Under the pieces are notes generated by a model. The model made no database searches and had not been told where the DNA came from. It was given only the letters and a program-made list of their open reading frames with translations. Below, piece by piece: positions 17,846-25,915 of a stretch of 63,790 bases of DNA (positions are counted from its first letter, which is position 1; every line of letters begins with the position of its first letter). Position numbers and translations under genes: made by a program. The DNA is from Solirubrobacteraceae bacterium (lineage in GTDB: Bacteria > Actinomycetota > Thermoleophilia > Solirubrobacterales > Solirubrobacteraceae): assembly GCA_051001875.1 (NCBI GenBank), contig JBPCMW010000031.1, forward strand, positions 1 to 63,790. Reading direction: 5' to 3'.

Positions 17846-19216
17846 CTAGGCCGCCGCGACAGCTGGGCGCTCGCCGAGCACGGCGCGGACCGCCGAACGC
17901 AGCGTCGGATGGCCGTCCGGTTCGATCACCGGGGCGAGGCCGAACTTCGCCGCCTCGGCCAGCCGCCGGTCGGCGTGGGCAACGGTTCGCAGCTCGCCGG
18001 TGAGGCCGAGCTCACCGAAGCAGGCCAGCGGGCGCTGCGGGTCCGCGCCGGCCAGGGCAACCCGCTTGGCCGCGCTGGCCACCGCGAGCGCGACCGCCAG
18101 ATCAGCGCCCGGCTCGTCGACCCGCACCCCGCCGACAACGTTGACGAACACATCCGCGGCGCCGAGGCCGACGCCGGCATGCCGCCCGAGCACGGCGAGC
18201 ACGAGCGCGAGCCGGTTGCGATCCAGCCCGGCCACCACCCTGCGCGGAGGAACGAGCTCGGACGACGAGACCAGCGCCTGCACCTCGACGAGCAGCGGGC
18301 GAGATCCCTCCATCGCGCAGAGCACGACGCTACCCGGAGCGCGCGTCGCCTCTCCGACGAAGCGAGCCGAGGCGTCAAGAACCTCGACCAGGCCGTGATC
18401 ATGCATCTCGAACACTCCGGCCTCGTTGGTCGAGCCGAAGCGGTTCTTGATCGCTCGCACGGTTCGGTACGTCCGCTCGCGCTCGCCTTCGAACTGGAGT
18501 ACGCAATCGACGAGGTGCTCGAGCACCCGCGGGCCCGCCAGCGCGCCCTCCTTGGTCACATGACCGACCAGCAGCACGGCGATCCGCCGTGTCTTGGCGA
18601 TGCGCATGATCTCGGCCGCCACCTCTCGGACCTGAGCTACTGATCCCGCGGCGCTGGCCAGCGCCGAGGACTGCAGCGTCTGCACGGAGTCGATCACGCA
18701 CACCTCGGGACGCTCGTGTTCGAGCGTCGCCAGCACAGCATGCAGGTCGGTCTCGGCGATCACCGGGATGTGCAGCGCGTCACCTCCGGTCAGGCGCTCG
18801 GCGCGCAGGCGAATCTGCGCCGCGGACTCCTCCGCCGAGACGTATAGTGTCCGGCGGCCGGCCGCGACGAGGTTGGCCAGGGCCATCGTCGTCAACGTCG
18901 ACCTTCCGATCCCGGGCGCGCCCCCGATCAGCACCAGCGAGCCGGGGACGATGCCACCGCCCAGCACGTTGTCGAGCTCGGTGATCCCGGTGCTGAGCCG
19001 ATCGTGCTCCTGACGCTCGACCTCGGCCAGCGTCACCGGTGCGACCGGCCGGCCGCCGCCCGGCCCCCGTGCGCGCGCCCCGCCGGCGGATCCGCTGGCG
19101 CCCCGCACCTCCTCGACGAGGCTGTTCCACTCGCCACAGCCGGGACACTGCCCGGCCCAGCGAGGCGTCTCGTGAGCGCACGCCGAGCACACGTGAATGG
19201 TGGACGATCTGGCCAT
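17846..19216 (-). CDS. radA: DNA repair protein RadA/Sms (Walker A Lys reads as Arg)
   Basis: C4 zinc finger, GGAPGIGRST, DSVQT, GHVTKEG.LAGP, KNRFG, Lon-like C-terminus. Confidence 0.96.
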   Translation of the reverse strand: MARSSTIHVCSACAHETPRWAGQCPGCGEWNSLVEEVRGASGSAGGARARGPGGGRPVAPVTLAEVERQEHDRLSTGITELDNVLGGGIVPGSLVLIGGAPGIGRSTLTTMALANLVAAGRRTLYVSAEESAAQIRLRAERLTGGDALHIPVIAETDLHAVLATLEHERPEVCVIDSVQTLQSSALASAAGSVAQVREVAAEIMRIAKTRRIAVLLVGHVTKEGALAGPRVLEHLVDCVLQFEGERERTYRTVRAIKNRFGSTNEAGVFEMHDHGLVEVLDASARFVGEATRAPGSVVLCAMEGSRPLLVEVQALVSSSELVPPRRVVAGLDRNRLALVLAVLGRHAGVGLGAADVFVNVVGGVRVDEPGADLAVALAVASAAKRVALAGADPQRPLACFGELGLTGELRTVAHADRRLAEAAKFGLAPVIEPDGHPTLRSAVRAVLGERPAVAAA

Positions 19217-19307
19217 CGTCAGACCAGGCTACGGACCGCCCCCGACAGCACACCGCGGCTCGCCCAGATCGTTGCAGTCTCGGCACCCGGTGAGTCTGAG
19301 CTTTGAC

Positions 19308-20939
19308 CTACCCGCCCGGTCGGCGCTCCAGGGCCAACGACTCGAGGGCGTAGCTGAGGCCGAAGATCAGCTCGCCACCGTTGCAACATGTCGGCCTCGT
19401 GCCGTTGAGCACCTGCGAGCTGAGAAGGCCGAGCGGAGGGCGGGTGCTCGCATGGCCCAGCGCGGCCGTGAGCAGCGTGCGCGACAGCGGCCCCCAGGCC
19501 GAGGTGTCGGCGCAGGTGCCCGGCGCGGCGTTGCAGGCGAGCAGGAGGTGGAGCAGTCCGGCGGCCTGGATGACCCCAGCCGACACGTCGATCGGTCGCC
19601 CGGCCCTAGCGCTGTAGTCCCAGGGCGGAACGCCACCGGCGGCGAGACTCCGGGATACGTATCCGGCCAGCTGCTGGGCAATCGCCAGCAGGCCAGCGTC
19701 GTGCAGGTCCTGCGCCGCCTGAGCGAAGCCGTACAAGCCCCAGGCCTGACCACGCGACCAGGTGCTCGCGTCGGCGATCCCCTGGTGGGTCCCGACGAAC
19801 ACGATCCGCCCGCTGGAGCGGTCGAAGTGCACCGCTTGAAACGTCGAGCCGTCGGGGCGCACGAGCAGCGAGCCGATGACGTGAGCTTGATGAGAGGCGA
19901 GCTTCCGATACGAGCGCTGGCCGGTGACCCTGCTCGCCCACGGCAGGATCGTGATGTTCATCATGCTGTCGACGATCGTCTGGGCCACCGGGCTTGCCGC
20001 GCTGGTCGGGATGGTGCCGGCGCCGGGGTTGGTCGCAGCCAGCCGCGTCAATTCATCTGCGGCGCCAACCACGCTGTTCCGGAGGCGCGCGCAGATCCGG
20101 CCTTGAGAGCCGGCCGCGCGGCAGAGGTGCCGCCAGGCCAGCAACGACGACTGCCCGTACATGAAGCCAACGTCGGGCGTGGCGGCATGCTCGAGACCGA
20201 GGTGGCCGAGCGTCGCGGCCAGCGCCCAGTTTGCGAACAGCCCGGCCTCGGGCACCAGCGAGGCCGCCTGCCAGAGCGCTCCGGCGAAAAAGCCGCTGGT
20301 CCAGATCGAGCGGAAGTGCAGACGGTCACGGCGATCGGAACCGGCCAGCAGCGCCCCAGGTGGCACGCGCGCGTGCAGTTCAGCCAAGCGGTGCAGCAGC
20401 AGGGCAGCGTGGTGGTGAGCGTCGGTGATGATCAGCCCGCTCACCCGGGCGCGCCCGCGCACAGCGCTCAGTGCCAGCAGCGCTCTGCTGCGAGATCCCG
20501 GCGGGCGAGGCACCGCCTTACCGTCGACGGCGAGGGCTCCGTTGGTCAGCTCGATGTGGCGCGCGTCACCTCGCCCCCACCCGGGGCGTGCCGGCAGCGG
20601 GTAGGTGGACCCGTCGGCCCGCAGCAGCGCGGGGCCGCTCGCGGGCCGCGCGAGCGTGAGCGCAGAGCCGGGAGCGCCCAGGTCCAGTTCGAACGTGGCA
20701 CCCCTGGACAGAACGACGTCCATCGAGACGTCGAACCGGGCCGGAAGCGGCCGTCGCAGCAGCCCAGCACCCGGCCCACCTCCGCTGCGGAGCGACTGGC
20801 TGCCGACGATCTGGACGGTCCCCAGCGCGAGCGGATCGACCTGCGCGGGCGCACGCCTCGAATGCGAGCCGCCGCCGCAACCGAGAGTCGCGACGGCGAT
20901 CACCCCCGCGGCGAGCACCGCGGTCAGCCGAACCGGCAA
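19308..20939 (-). CDS. GH88 unsaturated glucuronyl hydrolase-like lipoprotein with an extra N-terminal domain
   Basis: WTSGFFAGALW, PDVGFMY, TIVDSMMN, RPDGST, THQG....STWSRGQAWGLYGF; lipobox ATLGC; TTG start inferred. Confidence 0.85.
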   Translation of the reverse strand: MPVRLTAVLAAGVIAVATLGCGGGSHSRRAPAQVDPLALGTVQIVGSQSLRSGGGPGAGLLRRPLPARFDVSMDVVLSRGATFELDLGAPGSALTLARPASGPALLRADGSTYPLPARPGWGRGDARHIELTNGALAVDGKAVPRPPGSRSRALLALSAVRGRARVSGLIITDAHHHAALLLHRLAELHARVPPGALLAGSDRRDRLHFRSIWTSGFFAGALWQAASLVPEAGLFANWALAATLGHLGLEHAATPDVGFMYGQSSLLAWRHLCRAAGSQGRICARLRNSVVGAADELTRLAATNPGAGTIPTSAASPVAQTIVDSMMNITILPWASRVTGQRSYRKLASHQAHVIGSLLVRPDGSTFQAVHFDRSSGRIVFVGTHQGIADASTWSRGQAWGLYGFAQAAQDLHDAGLLAIAQQLAGYVSRSLAAGGVPPWDYSARAGRPIDVSAGVIQAAGLLHLLLACNAAPGTCADTSAWGPLSRTLLTAALGHASTRPPLGLLSSQVLNGTRPTCCNGGELIFGLSYALESLALERRPGG

Positions 20940-20949
20940 GCGCCTGGTG

Positions 20950-23520
20950 CTACTCGTCCTCCGAGGGGGCCTCGCCGTCGGCGGGCTCCGGCTCGGACTC
21001 CTCACCGCTGTCAGAAGCACCCACACCAACCGGGGTCGGCTTCGGCGCCGGCGCGATCACCGTCAGCTTGACGTCGCCCTCTTCGCTGCCCTCGGTACCC
21101 GGCTCGACCAGCACGGTCGATCCCGGGGGCACCTGGGAGCGGAGCACGAAGTCCGCCAGCGGATCCTCGATGTAGCGCTGGATCGCCCGGCGCAATGGTC
21201 GGGCGCCCATGGCGGGATCCCAGCCCTTGTCGACAAGCAGGTCCTTGGCCTCCTCGGAGAGCTCCAGCTGCAGCTCACGCTCCGCCATCGACTCCCGGAT
21301 CCGCCGCAGCAGCAGGTCGACGATCTCCTTGATCTCGTCCTTGGCCAGCTTGTGGAAGACGATGACGTCGTCGATCCGGTTCAGGAACTCGGGCCGGAAG
21401 ACCTTCTTCAGCTCGCCCATGATCCGGTTCTTCATGTCGTCGTAGGTGATCCCGGTCTCGTCGTCGGACACCGCGAAGCCGAGCGGCGTGTTCCGAGCGA
21501 TCTCAGACGCCCCGATGTTCGAGGTCATGATCACGATGCAGTGACGGAAGTCGACGGTCCGGCCCTGGGCGTCGGTCAGCCTTCCGTCCTCCAGGATCTG
21601 GAGCAGGATGTTGAACACATCTGGGTGGGCCTTCTCGATCTCGTCGAGCAGCAGCACGCTGTAGGGCTTGCGCCGCACGGCCTCGGTCAACTGCCCGCCC
21701 TCGTCGTAGCCGATGTAGCCCGGAGGCGATCCGACCAGCCGCGAGACCGCGTGTTTCTCCATGTACTCGGACATGTCGATCCGGATCATGGTGTCCTCGT
21801 CGCAGAACAGGAACTCGGCGAGCGTGCGGGCCAGCTCGGTCTTGCCGACCCCGGATGGGCCGAGGAAGATGAACGAGCCGGTCGGCCGCTTGGGATCCTT
21901 GAGACCGGCGCGCGAGCGACGAATCGCCTTGGAGACGACCTCGATCGCCGGGTGCTGGCCGATCACTCGCTTGTGCAGCTCTTCCTCCATCCGCATCAGC
22001 TTCGCGGTCTCAGCCTCGGTCAGCTTGAACACCGGGATGCCGGTCCACATGGAGACGATGTCGGCGATTTCCTCCTCGCCGATCGCGGGGCGCTCGGTCG
22101 ATTCCCCAGCTTCCCACTGGTCGGCCAGCTCGCGCTTCTGCTGGGTCAAGCGGCGTTCCTGATCACGCAGGTTCGCGGCCTTCTCGAACTCCTGCGCCTC
22201 GATCGCGGCCTCCTTGGCCCGACGGGTCTCCTCGATGTCGTCCTCCAGCTCCCGGTAGACGGGAGGTGAGGTCATCGACTTGATCCGCATGCGGGACGCG
22301 GCCTCGTCGATCAGGTCGATCGCCTTGTCCGGCAGGAACCGATCCGAGATGTAGCGGTCCGCGAGATCGGCCGCCGCCTCGAGCGCCTCGTCGGTGATAT
22401 TCACCTTGTGGTGCTGCTCATACCGGTCGCGCAGGCCCTTGAGGATCTGAACCGTCTCCTCGGTGCTCGGCTGATCGACGATGATCTTCTGGAAGCGCCG
22501 CTCGAGCGCGGAGTCGCGCTCGAGGTACTTGCGGTACTCCTCGAGCGTGGTCGCTCCCACCGTTTGCAGCTCTCCACGGGCCAGCGCCGGCTTGAGGATC
22601 GAGGCCGCGTCGATCGCGCCCTCGGCAGCGCCCGCGCCGACGAGGTTGTGCAACTCGTCGATGAACAGGATGATGTCGCCGCGCTGGGTGATCTCCTTCA
22701 TCACCTTCTTCAGGCGCTCCTCGAATTCTCCTCGGTACTTCGAGCCCGCGACGAGCGCGGCGAGGTCCAGCGTGTAGATCTGCTTCCCCTTCAGCAACTC
22801 CGGGACGTCGGCATTGGTGATCCGCTGCGCCAGTCCCTCGACGACCGCCGTCTTGCCGACACCTGGCTCGCCGACCAGCACCGGATTGTTTTTGGTGCGC
22901 CGGGACAGGATCTGCATGATTCGCTCGATCTCGGTCTCGCGCCCGACCACTGGGTCGAGCTTGCCCTCGGCGGCCAGCTTGGTCAGGTTGCGACCGAACT
23001 GATCGAGCAGCTTGGACGACTTCTTGCCCTCGCCCTGGCCGGCCGGAGCCGCGCCGGCGCTTCCGGAACCGCGCTGGCGGCTGCCGGGACCGGACAACAT
23101 CCGAATCACCTCGTTGCGGATCTTCTCTGAGTCCGCGTCGAAGTCGAGCAGGATCCGTGCGGCCACGCCCTCGTTTTCACGCACCAGGCCAAGCAGGATG
23201 TGCTCGGTGCCGATGTAGTTGTGTCCAAGGCTCAGCGCTTCGCGCAGCGCCAGCTCCAGCACCTTCTTCGCCCGCGGGGTGAACGGGATCTGTCCCGAGG
23301 TGACCTCTTCGCCTGAGCCGACGATCCGGACGACCTGCGCGCGGACGCGCTCCACGGTGATGTCAAGGGACTCCAGGACACGTGCTGCCAGGCCCTCTTC
23401 TTCCCGCAGGAGGCCGAGCAGAATGTGCTCCGTGCCGATGTAATTGTGCTTGAGCGTTCGCGCCTCTTCCTGCGCCAGGACGACCACCTGGCGGGCTCGC
23501 TCTGTAAATCGCTCGAACAT
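20950..23520 (-). CDS. clpC: ATP-dependent Clp protease ATPase subunit ClpC
   Basis: [10 protein letters not shown], two Clp N repeats, GEPGVGKT and [11 protein letters not shown] coil, MGARPLRR. Confidence 0.98.
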   Translation of the reverse strand: MFERFTERARQVVVLAQEEARTLKHNYIGTEHILLGLLREEEGLAARVLESLDITVERVRAQVVRIVGSGEEVTSGQIPFTPRAKKVLELALREALSLGHNYIGTEHILLGLVRENEGVAARILLDFDADSEKIRNEVIRMLSGPGSRQRGSGSAGAAPAGQGEGKKSSKLLDQFGRNLTKLAAEGKLDPVVGRETEIERIMQILSRRTKNNPVLVGEPGVGKTAVVEGLAQRITNADVPELLKGKQIYTLDLAALVAGSKYRGEFEERLKKVMKEITQRGDIILFIDELHNLVGAGAAEGAIDAASILKPALARGELQTVGATTLEEYRKYLERDSALERRFQKIIVDQPSTEETVQILKGLRDRYEQHHKVNITDEALEAAADLADRYISDRFLPDKAIDLIDEAASRMRIKSMTSPPVYRELEDDIEETRRAKEAAIEAQEFEKAANLRDQERRLTQQKRELADQWEAGESTERPAIGEEEIADIVSMWTGIPVFKLTEAETAKLMRMEEELHKRVIGQHPAIEVVSKAIRRSRAGLKDPKRPTGSFIFLGPSGVGKTELARTLAEFLFCDEDTMIRIDMSEYMEKHAVSRLVGSPPGYIGYDEGGQLTEAVRRKPYSVLLLDEIEKAHPDVFNILLQILEDGRLTDAQGRTVDFRHCIVIMTSNIGASEIARNTPLGFAVSDDETGITYDDMKNRIMGELKKVFRPEFLNRIDDVIVFHKLAKDEIKEIVDLLLRRIRESMAERELQLELSEEAKDLLVDKGWDPAMGARPLRRAIQRYIEDPLADFVLRSQVPPGSTVLVEPGTEGSEEGDVKLTVIAPAPKPTPVGVGASDSGEESEPEPADGEAPSEDE

Positions 23521-23760
23521 GATTCTTTAGTACTTCTCTCTGTGTCGGCGGACGGTTTGGTCGGTTGCGGGATGGTCCTGGCTAAAAACTCCCTATCAGT
23601 CAGAGTAGCGCTGCCGACTGAGGGGACGCCGATGCTCGGTTCTACCCCACTGCTTCGGCCAAAGAACGCAGACTCATGAGCAGGACGTCTCGTGGGTTGC
23701 CATACCCCAGTCTACCAACAGGCCTAGCGGCCCCAAGCCGCATCTTTGAGCCCAGATTGC

Positions 23761-23786
23761 GGGAGTTCGCGTTCACGCGAACTCCC
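23761..23786. terminator. Perfect 12-bp hairpin after lysS (terminator-like)
   Basis: GGGAGTTCGCGT-TC-ACGCGAACTCCC 11 nt after the lysS stop; no U tract. Confidence 0.5.
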
Positions 23787-23797
23787 CTGATCAAGGC

Positions 23798-25249
23798 TCA
23801 GTCCCGCATCGCCGGAAACAGGACGACCTCGCGGATCGACTGCTGGCCGGTCAGGATCATCACGAGACGGTCGATGCCGACCCCGATACCTCCGGTGGGC
23901 GGCATTCCCTGCTCGAGCGCCTGGACGAACGCCTCGTCGTAGGGCTGCGCCTCCGCGTCGCCGGCGCCGGCAAGCGCGCGTTGCTCCTCAAAGCGCCGGC
24001 GCTGCTCGTCCGGGTCGTTGAGCTCGGTGAACGCGTTGGCGAACTCCATGCCCCCGACGAACGCCTCAAAGCGCTCGACCAACCCGGGCTCGGAGCGGTG
24101 CCGCTTGGCGAACGGCGAGAGCTCGACCGGATAGTCGAGCAGGAAGGTCGGCTGCACCAGCGTCGGTTCGACGTGCTTTGAGACCAGCTCGTCGACCAGC
24201 TGCGGCCACGTGTCGCCGTCGGGCACGACGAGACCATGCACTCGCATCTCGCCGGCGAGCCCGTCGCGGTCACGAAAGCGCACGATGTCCACGCCGGTCC
24301 GGGAGAGAACGGCCTCAGCCAGCGTCTCCCGGTGCCACGGCGGCGTCAGGTCGTACTCGCCCGCGTAACCGATCTCCGAGGCGACGAAGGCCACCAACTG
24401 CTCGAACCGTGCGGCCACGTCGAGATAGTCGGCGTAAGCCTCGTACCACTCGAGCATCGTGAACTCAGGGTTGTGCTTGTGCGACAGGCCCTCGTTGCGG
24501 AAGTCCTTGCCGAGCTCGTAGACGCGCTCGAGCCCTCCGACGATCAGTCGCTTGAGGTACAGCTCGGTGGCGATACGCAGGTAGAACTCCCGATCGAGCG
24601 CGTTGTGATGGGTGGTGAACGGTCGCGCCGCGGCGCCCCCGTAGAGAGGTTGGAGGACCGGCGTCTCGACTTCGATGAACCCCGCGCGATCAAGGAACGT
24701 CCGCGCGGCCGAGACGACGCGCGCGCGGGTGATGAACAACGAACGCGCCTGCTCGTTGGCGATCAGGTCGAGCTCGCGACGGCGGAACCGCGTCTCCACG
24801 TCGGTCAGGCCGTGGTGCTTCTCCGGCGGCGGCCGCAGCGACTTCGCCAGCAGCACGAACGACGAGACCCGCAACGACAACTCCCCGCGGCGGGAGGAGA
24901 AGGCCGTGCCGTCGAGGCCGATCAGATCGCCGAGGTCGAAGTCGAGCAGCCGCTCCATGCCCTCGGCCCCCAACTCGTCGACACGGGCTTGCAACTGGAT
25001 CCGCCCCGAGCGGTCGACGAGGTCCAGAAACGCCATCTTGCCCTGACCGCGGCGCGCTGCCAAACGACCCGCGACGCGGTGGGACACATCGGTCTCATCC
25101 CCTGGCGCCAGCCCTGCGTGGGCGGTTCGCACCGCCGCCACCGGCTCCACCCGGTCGAACTCGTGCGGGAACGGATCGATCCCTGCGGCCCGCAGCGCCT
25201 CCAGCTTCTGGCGGCGGGCGGCGAAGACGTCGGCCGGCTCCTCGCCCAT
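23798..25249 (-). CDS. lysS: Lysine--tRNA ligase (class II)
   Basis: OB fold, EVETPVL, GAAARPFTTHHN, LRIATELYLKRL, HNPEFTMLE, GMPPTGG.G.GIDRL. Confidence 0.98.
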   Translation of the reverse strand: MGEEPADVFAARRQKLEALRAAGIDPFPHEFDRVEPVAAVRTAHAGLAPGDETDVSHRVAGRLAARRGQGKMAFLDLVDRSGRIQLQARVDELGAEGMERLLDFDLGDLIGLDGTAFSSRRGELSLRVSSFVLLAKSLRPPPEKHHGLTDVETRFRRRELDLIANEQARSLFITRARVVSAARTFLDRAGFIEVETPVLQPLYGGAAARPFTTHHNALDREFYLRIATELYLKRLIVGGLERVYELGKDFRNEGLSHKHNPEFTMLEWYEAYADYLDVAARFEQLVAFVASEIGYAGEYDLTPPWHRETLAEAVLSRTGVDIVRFRDRDGLAGEMRVHGLVVPDGDTWPQLVDELVSKHVEPTLVQPTFLLDYPVELSPFAKRHRSEPGLVERFEAFVGGMEFANAFTELNDPDEQRRRFEEQRALAGAGDAEAQPYDEAFVQALEQGMPPTGGIGVGIDRLVMILTGQQSIREVVLFPAMRD

Positions 25250-25275
25250 GCTGGTGGGCCCCACCGGGAACGTGC

Positions 25276-25755
25276 CTACTTCGTTCCGACGTCGATCTTG
25301 GTGATCTTCAGCTTGCGCTCGCCGCGCGGCGTCGTGAATACAACCGTCTCACCACGCTTGTGGCCGAGCAGCGCTTTGCCCACCGGTGATTCGTTGGAGA
25401 GCTTCATCTCCGCGGGCGAGGCCTCGGCAGAGCCAACGATCGTGTACTTGGTGGATTTGCCGGCTTCGTCCTTGACATGGACGACGGAACCGACACGTAC
25501 GACATCGGTGCTCAGATCGGAGGCGTCGATGACGGTCGCCGAGCGGAGTTGCTCCTCCAGCTGAGCGATCCGCGCCTCGAGCATCGCCTGCTCGTTCTTG
25601 GCGTCGTCGTACTCGGCGTTCTCGGAGATGTCGCCGAATTCACGAGCCTCCTTGATCCGCCCGGCGACCTCGCGGCGACGCGTGGTCGACAGCAGCTCGA
25701 GCTCGGCCTTGAGATTGGTTAGACCTTCACGGGTGAGGATGACGTCCTTGGGCAT
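25276..25755 (-). CDS. greA: Transcription elongation factor GreA
   Basis: AREFGDISENAEYDDAK, SNESPVGKALLG. Confidence 0.97.
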   Translation of the reverse strand: MPKDVILTREGLTNLKAELELLSTTRRREVAGRIKEAREFGDISENAEYDDAKNEQAMLEARIAQLEEQLRSATVIDASDLSTDVVRVGSVVHVKDEAGKSTKYTIVGSAEASPAEMKLSNESPVGKALLGHKRGETVVFTTPRGERKLKITKIDVGTK

Positions 25756-25789
25756 GCGTATAAGACCTGTAAATGGAGGCGTTTGGGCG

Positions 25790-25816
25790 AAAGAAAACCC
25801 GCTCTCTCAAGCGGGG
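25790..25816 (-). terminator. Intrinsic terminator within the greA 5' leader
   Basis: Minus strand CCCGCT-TGAGAG-AGCGGG-TTTTCTTT, downstream of TATACT (25849-25854) and 34 nt upstream of the ATG. Confidence 0.7.
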
Positions 25817-25915
25817 CTGACCACGCATCCGGCTGGCGTGGGTCGGCTAGTATAGACGCCCCCGAGCGCGACCTGGGGGAACCGCGCGCGGGCCTCCCAG
25901 CGGACACGGCACCGA

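Noticed and set aside
19197-22269. Long plus-strand ORFs (624 aa, 554 aa)
   Set aside because: Antisense to GH88 and clpC; Arg/Pro-rich or shadow composition with no motifs
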